Shown here in pieces: positions 27,301-39,242 of a stretch of 64,000 nt of DNA. The translations under genes and the position numbers were made by a program. The stretch's first letter is position 1. The number at the start of each line of letters is the position of its first letter. A model generated the notes under the pieces. It was not told the origin of the DNA. It did not search any database and worked only from the letters and a program-made list of their open reading frames with translations. This stretch comes from Phoronis australis (Eukaryota; Animalia; Phoronida). The DNA lies in contig NMRA01000189.1 of the NCBI GenBank assembly GCA_002633005.1, forward strand, positions 340,667-404,666. The letters are read 5' to 3'.

Positions 27301-30300
27301 TCATGATTTTTAGACTATTAATTTTTATTGTCTTTCCAGCATGTGCCTTCGTTTTGGGTGTTACTCATTGGTCGTGTGCTAGGTGGCGCTGCTACTTCAA
27401 TTCTGTTCAGTGCCTTTGAGTCGTGGCTTGTGTGTGAGTACTATCAGGTATGGGATTTTAGCTGTCTTTTTGTGGCAGTGGGCTAGGAAGTTATTTACTT
27501 GTTTTTGTCGCAAGAAATTAAAGTCTAAAGAAGGCACCTCAGTATACAGTTACTCATAGGTCAGGTGCTAGATGGCGCTGCTACTTCAATTCTGTTCAGT
27601 GTCTTTGAGTCTTGGCTTGTGTGCGATTACAATCCAATATGGGGCTGTAACTTTTTGTAGCAGTGGGCCAGAAATGTGTTGGCTTGTGAAGCATACAATC
27701 ATGCAAACTAAGGTACACATTCTGAGAGTGCACCAATGGTTTGCAGGGACACAAACAATGGTGGTGCTTGAGCTGATGCTGAGGACTTTGTAGTAGTAAG
27801 TACATCTGGGTGTTGTTTAATTGAATTGAATTGAATTGGATCAGTGGGTGCTTGCAGTCATAAAAATAATATGCTTATTCCTGATAGGGTTTTTGGTTTG
27901 TAATGAAACTTGTCTACATGTTCAACAAATGTAGTTGCCAACATTCGCCTGTCTCGAATTCAACTCTCCTCTTTTGCAAAGGTAGAAAACGTCGTGTGAT
28001 ATGGTAGATGTAGTATTCAAAAGGCTGGTCTGCTTATCACTCATTCAAAGTTTTTGATATCTNTACTATCAGGTATGGGATTTTAGCTGCCACTTTTTGT
28101 GGCAGTGGGCTAGGAAGTTATTTGCTTGTTTTTGTTGCAAGAAATTAAGTCTACAGAAGGCACCTCAGTGTACAAGTTACTCATAGGTCAGGTGCTAGGT
28201 GGCGCTGCTACTTCAATTCTGTTCAGTGTCTTCGAGTCTCGGCTTTTGTGCGATTACAATCCAATATGGGTCTGTAACTTTTTGTAACAGTGGGCCAGAA
28301 ATGTGTTGGCTTGTGAAGCATACAATGATGCAAACTAAGGTACACATTCTGAGAGTGCACCAATGGTTTGCAGGGACACAAACAATGGTGGTGCTTGAGC
28401 TGATGCTAAGGACTGTGTAGTAGTAAGTACATCAGGGTGTTGTTGAATTGAATTGAATTGGATCAGTGGGTGCTTGCAGTCATAAAAATAATATGCTTAT
28501 TCCAGATAGAGTTTTTGGTTTGTAATGAAAGTTGTCTACATGTTCAACATATGTAGTTGCCAACATTCGCCTGTCCCGAATTCAACTCTCCTCTTTTGCA
28601 AAGGTAGAAAACGTCGTGTGATATGGTAGATGTAGTATTCAAAAGGCTGGTCTGCTTATCACTCATTCAAAGTTTTTGATATCTACATTGCCAATTACAG
28701 CAAAACCTCATCGATGTCAGAATGGCAAATAACAAATTAATCTCAATTCAACATAATGGTTAGGGTGTAATTGTGACTTATTGCCCTATGTACTCGCAGG
28801 TTCAGATGGGGAGTTATGCTCTTCTGAGAAACGCGGTTATGACATTCCTCATTTTTAAGGCAATGTTTTTTCAAAGTCTGAGTGTTTGGGGAGTATTGCC
28901 AGGGGTTGATGGTGGGTGTGTTATGTGTCTCATGCTAGTAATACATGTTCAATAATACACACAGTCTGGTCTATGTGAAGTTGACACATTAAAGTGAGTC
29001 ATATTGTGAAGTGGGACTTTAATTCACTGCTACTACTAAAATGTCAGCTACTAGGGTCATACCTTATGTACATGATAAATGCTGCAAATTGTTAAATTTA
29101 ATGTTGCCAGTGAGTTGCTTCTTGATTTATTATGCATCTGTGCTCATATTTCCATGTCTATTCCAGAGAAAGTGCGACCCAAGTCACCTTGGTGTCATAT
29201 TTTCCAATGCAACACTTGGTAGCTCAGTGATAGCCGTCTTTGCTGGCATAGTTGCTCAATATGTCGCAAATCACTACGGCTTCGTGTAGGTATAGATTAT
29301 CATTATTTAAATCTTGAACCTGCATGGAAATCTAGATCACAAAAATTTTAAGTCTGGTTTGATTTCTGTGTTTAACCGGTGGTCCTAATTGCTCAGTGGC
29401 TAGAATGTCTGCACGGATCCGAGTCCCGGTCCTGGGCAGAAATCTTTCTGGACTTTTGTTCATTATGTCACGTGATGTGACCAACAGGTGGCGTGCAGAC
29501 CAGACTTTAAATGTTTGTGATGTAGATTAACCTTGTTCTGTCTATTGTAAGTTGTCACTCTACTTTGTTAGTACAAGTTTGATCGGTGAAAAATGGCCAA
29601 ATTCAACGTAAGATGAAATACGAAATAATGAATCAGTTTATAAGGCAAAAATAACAGTAGTGAGCTCCTTTCGACCACACATTCAGTCTTACTTCATTGC
29701 TTGTCATTTCTGGTGTCGCCCAATCTGACTCGTGAGAATGCATCCATGTAAAGCCTCCTAAATTTGAACTGACGTGTCACTTTCCTTGGTTTTAGTAATT
29801 TATTGTAAATAATCATACTGAGTTCATCTTTAATATTGCAAAATTAAATGTAAAATTAATGCATTTTTCTTACGTGTTTATTATGAAAAACGTAAATGTA
29901 CAATTTTATAATTGTAGTTTAACCCAGAAAGTGCTAGAAAGCATTAAATTTGTGTATGATGTTAACATCATGTCAAAGTTTGTCTGAGTAATTAGCGTAA
30001 ATACGTACCTCATTGCTGTTTATTTACAGTGCACCATTTGACATGTCTCTAGTCATATTGTTGGTGATGATAGTGGTCATTGTAATGTCATGGAATGAGA
30101 ACTATGGTGACAATAGTGGCACTGTGGCGACCTCTTGTGGTGATGCCTGGATTGCAATCAAGTCAGGTTAGATTGAATTTTGATTTTGTTACACTTTCCA
30201 ACTCGTGAAAAATTATATAAAACGTCACTAATTGTTACAGGTATAACCTAATACTGACAAAAATTGCATTGACACATGACCTCAGGCAACCTGTTCTTAT

Positions 30301-32762
30301 CTATGTCCATTCTGATCTTTGAAGTACAGGGGTTTCTAATAAATGTACTGTAATCGGACTCGTAAAATGAGGAACTCGAAACGTGAGGGTGTGCATGAAG
30401 CTAAGCTTGCTTGTTTAAACAGGTATAGAAATTTTTGAGCAGTTATAATTGGGTGTTTACCCAAATGATAGAATGTGACAGACTCTTATGCAAGTAAAAC
30501 ATTTCAGGCAAGCTTGAGTATTTTTCCGCTTATTGAATCTCTAACTTTTCTACTCAAACGTAAGCCAATTTTGTATTTTATTAACCAAAATTTGTATGGG
30601 ATGAGTGTTCAAATAGTGACTTGTGCTTTCAAGGAAGCCTCGGTCTTATAAATTGAAGATACATGTCCAGTTGAGTGTGGGTGTTTAAAATTGACATGAG
30701 CCTTAACCCAGACTAGCATTATGGTAGATCACTGAATTGTATTTCTAGTGCTCTGGTGTTAGATTTATGCAGAGACACCTGTTGAAGATTTTGTTACATC
30801 ATATACTTTGGGTCGAAGACAGCAATTTGTGAATGGTCTCCTTGTATCAATGACTCCTGTCACTTCCCAAATGTATAGTTGGACACTTTTTGCACCCTTC
30901 TATCCAGAAAGTCAGTTGAATGTCGTGCAATTACAGATGCATCAAAATGTTTAGTAAAAGCCAAAAATGTTTTGACATTTAACATCGAGTAGTAAGATAT
31001 TCGTTTCCATACAAAATGTCTAATGTTGTGTATGAACACCACCAATCTTGGTGTATGGTGTATCCTACAATAAATATGCATTGCTTGCATCTGCCACCAG
31101 ATGGCACTAAAAATCAAAGAACCCAGGTGACCTGTTGTCATTAGATGTTGAATGTAATAATTGTCTCTCTGTTTCTTAGACCCCAGAGTGTTCTACCTTG
31201 GCATTATCCAGTCCTTGTTTGAAGGTGCCATGTACACTTTTGTGCTGGAGTGGACGCCTGCCCTGACTCCACCTATCCAAGATGTCCAAGGGGTTTACAG
31301 CATCCCCCATGGGGTCATCTTTGGTTCATTCATGGTCAGTTTAGTTTGTGGTGCCCCATGTCATAACTGTAATGCATAGTCAGTTTTGTGGAACCCCGTA
31401 GGGTAATACTTTTGTGTGTTATTATGAGTTTAGTGTTTCCAAATGATTGGCATTTTCTCATTAACAGTCCAACAATGATTATCGCAGTTGAATTGTCATT
31501 TCAAGATCTTGTTGTCTGTGCCTGCTACTATTTCGTTTAGAGAGAAAAAGAGTTTGAATCTTTCTTTCAAGTGAATTGGGTAATTTGGAACTCACGAGAT
31601 GACAGATTCAAGGTTTTAAGAGATACTTTTGTATACCTTCAGCACAATATTGATTGATTTGGACTGTGTAAGAGACAGTGTTGATTAAAGACTAAATAAA
31701 GATCTTTCGGGAAAAGTTTTGTCAAATTAAATTCACATTTTCAGTTATCTTTTCTAGGTTGCTGTTATGATTGGTTCATCAATATTTAAGATGTTGCTCA
31801 AAATCAGCAAACCACAGTCTTTTATGAGGTGAGAGGAAGAGCATGAAATTAGTGAAGTATTCAAAACAAATATTACATGTAATGTTTACAATGTAAACAT
31901 TGTCATATTATAAGTTTATACATTGTCATATTACAAGTTTACATTGCCATATTACAAGTTTACTCGCCTGTCATTTCACTAATAATTTACATCTCTTATT
32001 TTTGAAACTGCTTCCGTGAAACTAAAAGTATGGAATCCTCAAACAGTGACTCACATTTTTTTCCGATTGTAGAATTTAAAGCCGCGCTTAGCCCACCATA
32101 GCCGATTAAATAATATCGGCCTTATAATATTTGCAAGAACACGGAAACCATTAGCGACTCTTGGAAACCTGCAAAAGTTATTGGAGTCGGTGAACCCCAA
32201 AACTGTGAAGTTGAAAATAGCGCGTGTTCGCATTGCTTGTGACTTTAGTTGGCAATAGAAATACATGTAAACCGTATCATGAGAAGGAATATTGGGAGAT
32301 TTCCAGGTGTGTCATTAGAGGTTGTAGGTTGCTTTTCGACCTGAAATTTGAAAGTGGGAGATAAGATTTTGGCCAACTCTTATTGATTGCATATATGCTA
32401 TATGAGAATTCCAACTTGTGTGAACTACTTCTATCCATGACCAACAAAAACAGAGGCAACTCGTGAATGTGAATTACATTTATTTTAAAAATACCCCAAC
32501 AAAATCCATTAACTAACTGAGATATGAAAGAAAATTAGCACACAAGAAAACTCTTGCAATGACTCGCTGATGGCCTTTTGTTCTTTTTTGTGTTGTGAGT
32601 GCAAATTAGGTTTCAGAAGTGGCCAGTTTACAAATGCTGACCTGCCAATTTTCATAACTTTGAGGTCTGGATTTGAAGTAAAATGCTTAACACGATTTTC
32701 ATTAATTTTTTAGTCAGCTTAATAGGATGAAATGCCATTTTAACTGTTGACCTAATTAACTC

Positions 32763-32804
<42 letters not shown>

Positions 32805-35800
32805 CGCGCGCGCGTTCATGTGTGGGTTATTCAAATTATTCACTTTGTTACAGAGTAGTGTTTTTAGTTGGTGCTGCTGCTCTGTCCTCGCCAGTTTTGT
32901 TTCCTGAGGTATGTAAACAATTCTACTGATGAGTAGATACACTGTAGTCGGCTTGACAAGTCTAAGAGTTTATCAAAGATCTTAACAATCAAACTAAATG
33001 TGTTCTACAATTTCAAAGTTTTTGTAACATTCAATTGATGAAAGAACACAACAGTAGCCAATCAGACACTTTTAGGGCACTACGAATATGGATGAACTAC
33101 GTGATTTTTATCAATTTTTCAAGAAATTACTTCTAGTGATAGGTTTTTACTTGACAGTTAATTTCCTTGTAACACTGTTTATTTTTCAGAATCGTGCTGT
33201 GATATTTTTTGGCTTCATCGTCTTTGAAATCTGCGTAGGTGTGTTCTGGCCAGCACTGGGCACTTTGAGAGGCAAATACATTCCTGAAAAAGGTGCAGAC
33301 TTGTTTACGTTACGTTTTTGCCAAAATCACGTGATGCCAGGTTACTTTTCACCAATTACCAGTAAGAGGAGACTACGAGTTGTGGATAGCACAGATAAAG
33401 ATTTACAACAATCTCCAACATGTAACTTAAATCTTATGAATGTATTGCTCTCCATATTCTGTACTGTACTGATTTGTGTATGGCACAAAGTATTTTGTCT
33501 ACCTACCTACTCATATTGTAAAGGTGAAAGTCAATGAGGTAAACAAAAACAGCTGAAAGACAGTTGTATACGTAGATGTTCTGTTTCAGCTCGTGCTACT
33601 GTGATGAACTACTTCCGTCTCCCCTTGAATCTCCTCGTCATTTGTATCTTGATTCAGGTGAGTCGAAGAATTCTCTCTGTGCCTTTGTTACAATGTATTA
33701 GAGCAATTTACAACATTCAATGTTAGTTTTGTTAACGAACCAATATTTAGGAGACTAGCTCCTGGCATACCAGCAACTGATAACGTATTTTTATTGCTGA
33801 CTCGAGAGTTCAATTTTAAATTCATTTTGCTACATTGGAACAACTTTGGCGTTACGGGTGCATAATTAGTAACCCACAGTACAAACACGTGCCTATGGGA
33901 CACAAAATCATAATTATTGTAGCTCTTCCTGATAGTCTTGAGTTGTCGTAAACTAAAAAAACGATATCTTACCCTCTAACTGCATTTTCTGTTTCCTGCT
34001 GTTGCTGGTCTGCAGACTACTTGAAGGTTGCACATTTTCAAGTCCTCTTGGAGACCGTAGGCACATTCATTGTTTTCTCAATCTAATTTGAACTCTGTTT
34101 TCCTAATTGGAACTCAATCATTAAAATACACCAGCGTGATAGTAGACTACTTTGATTTGTCTGCTACAGTAAATACAGGAAAACTTGCAGAAATTGAATC
34201 CAATGGGAATGTGAAATTTCATTTGAATTTGGTGAAATCCAAGTTATTTGAAGGGCCGAGTGCACAACCTAGAACAGTGGTACTGTAGAACTTTGTAAAA
34301 AATCCGACTTAAACATGTGCGACTCAAACATGTCCGACTCATATGTGTCCGATTCATACACGTCCGACTCGTACACGTCCGACTCGTACACGTCCAACTC
34401 ATACATGTCTGACTCGTACATGTCCGATTTATGCAAGTTTTACAGCACTTGACATTTATTTCATTTGTGACTCTGAGAAACAAACTAAAGACATTTGTCA
34501 ACATTCAAGCTATTGCTGATATACAACAAGCATTTTCTCATTCAATTAGTTTTGTGACTCTGTCAATTTGCATCTATTCGGTGACTATGTGTTGTTTAAA
34601 AGTAAAATTCGTGTTTCATCTAAATTTGACTGTCGATATCTATTTAAAATTACAAGAATTAAGTCTTTAATTTCAAGCAACCACGTTCTCAACTACAAGG
34701 TTTCACTGTTCAAGCAGCTGTCTGTTAATGTTACTAAATTACATCGGATTTGACATTATTTGCAGGACTTGTCTCAGGCTGTGATATTCCAGAGTTGTGT
34801 CATATTTTTGCTTTTGGCTTTCGTTTGCCAGCATTTGTTAAATAGGTAAGTTTCATGTATTTTTGTTTTTATGAGAGAACGCGGTGACCATGGCGCTACA
34901 TCGTGTCCCCTATAAGTTTTATTTGGCAATGGGTTATGAATAGCGGGTAACACAATTAAGATACTTAGTTTTATGGCCAGGCTCTTTGGTATGGTGACTT
35001 GGAGGAAGGGAAAGGATTAGTTTGACCTGACCTGTAGTTATAAAAGCTCCACTAGAGTTCAATCAAAGACTGATTTCTCATGACGGCGTTCTCTCGTTCA
35101 GTGACTTTACCAGACGTTGAGGGTTGCGAGCGTGGGATAACATCTACCTCCTTTGTTTACTGCCAAGCACATTCTTTTGTCATGTGTGACAACAGGCAGG
35201 TCAATTATCTATCAGGCTTATTGCAGACCACGTGTGAACACAGTCAAACCCAGAGCGAATTGGTATGTTTGGAAAGAATAGATTGTCCTAATTTCTGCAG
35301 TTGTTGGGCAATTTTGTCAATTCAAAAACTAAACATGATCAGTATTAGATGTGGAATTCAGAAATGCTATTGGTTTATGTTCAAATATGTTTATAGCTTA
35401 ACTTTTGTTTTCAACAGCACAGCCCAGTCAGGGTAGATTGGATCTTATTGCAAACTAGAGCAATTATCGAACAAAAGAGAGCTGGCCCTCCAACCATAAA
35501 TGCCAGAATGGAGTTAATCAGTTATATAAGATATTGGCGACAGGGGTCATCTTCCCAACTTGTTGTTGGGCTATAGGATCGAACAAGTTGGGAGCAATGG
35601 GAAAACGCCGTAATGTTTGATGTATATACATAAGAATAATTCTGTTGTCTAATTTGAATATTAGATGTCTTGCTGGAGATACTCCATTGCAGCAACCTTA
35701 ATGTCAACTCCAGATGACAGCTAGTCTATATATCAATCTAATTCATTGCTAAGTATTCTCACTGTCTTGTGTCTGGCATTACAACTCGTATGGAGCTACA

Positions 35801-36178
35801 GTGTTTTATTGCTGTGGTGTTGGCACTGATGCAATAATTGATCTGTTCCGCACAAAAGAACTTAGATCAGTTTTTGGGATATCGAGGGTTGATGACGTTC
35901 CCAGTTCTTCTATAAATCTGCCAAGGAAGTACAATGTGCTGTGAAACAGGTTTACGGTTTCTAGTGAAGTGTCGATTTTTCCTTAGACACTGACACAAAT
36001 TCATTTGTTTGTCTATATTTGTTTATTTGCTATGTTTGTTAAAATACAAACCAAATGCTTACTCCATTTTGTTGTAACGGGGCTTCTGTCCTCACTGTGT
36101 TACATGCTTGTGCTCTGTCATTTCAGAGTTGACCTGACTACTTCAGAATCTCTGTTTGCACCAAGTGAAGGTGTCTAA
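24362..36178 (+). CDS. MFSD5: Molybdate-anion transporter / MFS domain-containing protein 5 (MOT2 family), 13 coding exons, ~423-434 aa
   Basis: In-phase exons: 24362-24512, 25890-26034, 26791-26851, 27340-27447, 29167-29285, 30030-30166, 31180-31334, 31758-31828, 32854-32908, 33190-33292, 33590-33657, 34766-34845, then last exon 35418-35436 or 36127-36178. Family motifs: GDWLQGPHMYALY, LFVAGFGSSM, LADMYGRR, GRVLGGAATSILFSAFESW, APFD, WNENYG, QSLFEGAMYTFVLEWTPAL, IPHGVIFGSFM, FEICVGVFWP, RATVMNYFRLPLN. An upstream in-frame ATG at 24326 is an alternative start. Confidence 0.92.
24650..24780 (+). mobile_element. Decayed 5' fragment of the same HINE family in MFSD5 intron 1
   Basis: tgccgtc..ccgtcc..tccaaaac..aaattttgca..tcatggat resembles 37810-37940. 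Confidence 0.45.
27439..28684. repeat. Tandem duplication, 27439-28062 vs 28064-28684, with an N at the junction
   Basis: Directly visible; N at 28063. Confidence 0.9.
29375..29521 (+). mobile_element. tRNA-derived SINE
   Basis: A-box-like tgctcagtgg, B-box-like gatccgagtccc; body shared with 9718-9839. Confidence 0.6.
32768..32802. repeat. (TG)n microsatellite
   Basis: Directly visible, just upstream of MFSD5 exon 9. Confidence 0.95.
34302..34430. repeat. 15-bp minisatellite (gtccgactcgtacac), about 8 copies
   Basis: Directly visible. Confidence 0.9.
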
Positions 36179-37766
36179 CCTGTCTTGGACATTTGATATG
36201 AACAGGCCAAAGAGAAGGGTATTGATAATGGTCGTCAGTCGATCACCTGTACGTGATGTTCCCATGCTTACAACCGTTGTCCCGAGGTGTCAGTATTGTA
36301 AATATAGTGGCCATGGAATTATGCTCCTGGATTTTAACAGACATGAAGATCTCGAGACACTTCTACGTTTGACAGCAGATTAACGATGAGATGAGGCAGC
36401 AAACTGATTTTTTGCCTAAAATCTTTTGGAAGTCGGATCCAGCCAGACTGACAGACTTTACCTGAGCGAGGCAACATTCGACTTATCTGAAGGGCTGAAT
36501 ATACAGACTAACAATCGAAAATCCGAGTTACGCATGTCTAAGTTATGCATACTTTACTGTACTTAAGTGTGTCAGAAATAGACAGTGCTTGTACAGTGTC
36601 CAATGTTACTCAATATTCTAATTCCCGTTATTCTAATAGGGACGTCCTGGATTACACGGCGATAGAACTCTCCTTTGTCCAAGAGATAAGAAAGCGTGTG
36701 ACCTTGTTTTGGAAATCAGGCGCATTCTCGTGTCTCTCATTGATGTCGGGAAGGGGAAGAATTTCCGATCATGCATTCCCATAAGTCATTCCATCTTTTG
36801 TAATTTGTATTGTGAAGTAAAAGCGATCCTCTACAAATGAGATATCATGACCAGCGCCATCATCTGGACGTTTCATTGCACGGCATGTGCTGTAGGTGAC
36901 TGGATTCAATGAAGAGTTCCCAACGAAATGTTTTATTTCATTGTGTGAGAAGAGAGTTTACCCAGCTCGGTGTCTGCCTGCATTTATAAGCCTGCCAATT
37001 AGGCCAGGTGTCATTATTCAGTGAATGGGTCGATGCTACACTCAAATACTTGCAAGGCGGATGCAGTTAAGTCCAGGCAGGTCCTGGCATGTGGTTTCTA
37101 TACAGTGTAGTTCCCTTTCCTCCATTTTCACCTGTGTATAACACTGGATAATTTCGTTGATCTGAAAGGAACACTAAAACAATGTTGAAACACATATATA
37201 CCCAGTTGTGTATTCAAATGCCAACTGTTTAAAAGCATGGTATGTTCTGAAAAACTCATCGAAATACTTTGAGATATGATGTTCCAAACTTGTCCGAATT
37301 TTTAACATTAAATCTAGGGTTACTTATAACAGTAAACTAATACATACATACCTTGTCATCATCCGATAAGATTTTGAGATTGCATGGTTTCGTCTTTGGA
37401 CTTGAAGGGAGTGACTGATCTATATTGAAGGTATCAATTTACTTCAGAGTCCCAAAATACCCTGCAGTACCTTTTCATAATTGCCAACATTGGAAAATGA
37501 AAATGGTCGGGACACATGGATTTAGATCATGCACTGTAAATGCAAATGAGCGCCTCAACACAGCAGAAAACAGTCCCCACGGTATGTTCTTGTTTTTAGT
37601 CGTGCTTGTTAAATGGAACGGGAAATGGACGGAGGTAAATTGTGTGACCGAAAGCACGCAAGGAGATACAGTTCGTCGCGTGTGTCAAAAAACGGGACAT
37701 ACTGACGTGGCTCGACTCCGTACACTGAAGCTTCAAAATGTTGCCAAAAGCGCCGTGGTTTCAGTG

Positions 37767-39076
37767 TTTTTATGCACCCACATATTAAAATATGTGGACG
37801 CATTATTGATGCCGTCATCTCTGTCCGTCCGTCCGGGCGGCGTCCGTCCCGTGTCAGGCGTCCGCTGCTCTATTTCCAAAACCGGTTTACGTATGTTCAT
37901 GAAATTTTGCACATTTGTTCCTCTCATGGATGGGACGGCGTGAGCAAAGTTTCGGACGGATTCGACTACCAGTGTGCCCCCTAGTGGCAACTTTAGTTTT
38001 TTACGTTTACCTCTGTATCTTCAAAGGTCCACAACATATTTTCACAAAATTTGGTATATAGGCATTTATTAGCGAGTAGACAGTATCCTCCCATTCGACG
38101 TAGTCTGTGCCACCTAGTGGCCATATTTACCCTTTTTGAGTTTTTGGCGTCCACCCCTCTATCAACCAAACGGCTGATTGTGAAAATTGGCATGTATGTT
38201 TTTACTATGAAGTGGACAGGTGACGATTTTCTGTTCACTTTGACTACTGTGGCGCCGCCTAGTGGCAGTTTCATTTTTTGCCCATGGCTGTAGACTATCT
38301 CCTAAACCGTTTGCAGGATCTTTTAAGATCCTATAAACACATTTGTTAAAACAGTGTGTTTATATGATGTTGACAACGGATGACGGCGATTTTCCAATGG
38401 ATCTGACTACTGGTGTGCCCCCTGGTGGCAATTTTACTTTTACGTTTACCTCTGAAAGGCCCTCAACGGATTTTCATAAAATTTTGAATACGGGCATCTA
38501 TTGGTGAGATGACGCTATAGTCCCGTTTTCGGATGGAATCAACGTTTTTTGCACCACCAGGTGGCCATTTTTTCAGTTTTCGAGTGTGTTTTTGGCGTCT
38601 ACCCCTCTATCAATCAAATCATTCTAAGGATGGTTTTGAAAATTGACGTATATGTTCTCAGTATGAAGAGGACGGTTGACGATGACAACTTTGACTACTG
38701 TGGCGCCTCCTAGTGATAGTTTTGTTTTGTTTTGCGCCCATAGCTGTATCTCCTAAACCCACTGCAGGATCTTTATTAAATTTAATTAGTAAGAGTATTT
38801 ATATGAAGCTAACAACAGAAAATGAAGACTTTCAGGCGGATCCAATGAAAAATGTGCCCCCTAGTGGCAATTTCATTTTATTCTGTTTTCCTTTGTTTCT
38901 CTGAAGTTCCGTGATGGATTATGAAATTTGGTGTATAGCAATGACATTTTCCCGTTTTGGGATGAATTGTAGGTTTTTGCGCCATCTAGTGGCCATTTTT
39001 ATGACACAAATAACCCCAAAAGCACACCATTCGATGCATTCGTGGGCGCATTTCAACGCTCCGTGTTGCTCTTGTT
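37767..39076 (+). mobile_element. Non-autonomous Helentron-associated (HINE/DINE-1-like) element, copy 2
   Basis: Starts tttttatgcacccacatat..atatgtggacgcat, followed by ctgtccgtccgtcc and an internal tandem array; ends gggcgcatttcaacgctccgtgttgctcttgtt. Confidence 0.78.
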
Positions 39077-39180
39077 AAATCCGCACTTGCCCTTTGACGA
39101 CTTTTTCTCACGAGCACAAGGTGGCGTTATTTGTAAACCGCGAAATGAATATACAGGTTGTTGAACAAGGCCTGTGATTT

Positions 39181-39242
39181 TAATCAAAGGAGTGTACACA
39201 TATACTATTTAAAAATAGTATCTGTGTACACTCCTTTGATTA
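39181..39242. repeat. 62-bp near-perfect palindrome
   Basis: taatcaaaggagtgtacacatatactattt aa aaatagtatctgtgtacactcctttgatta, one mismatch. Confidence 0.9.

Noticed and set aside
29375-29440. tRNA gene
   Set aside because: Has A/B-box-like motifs but no cloverleaf, and continues into a repeated SINE body.
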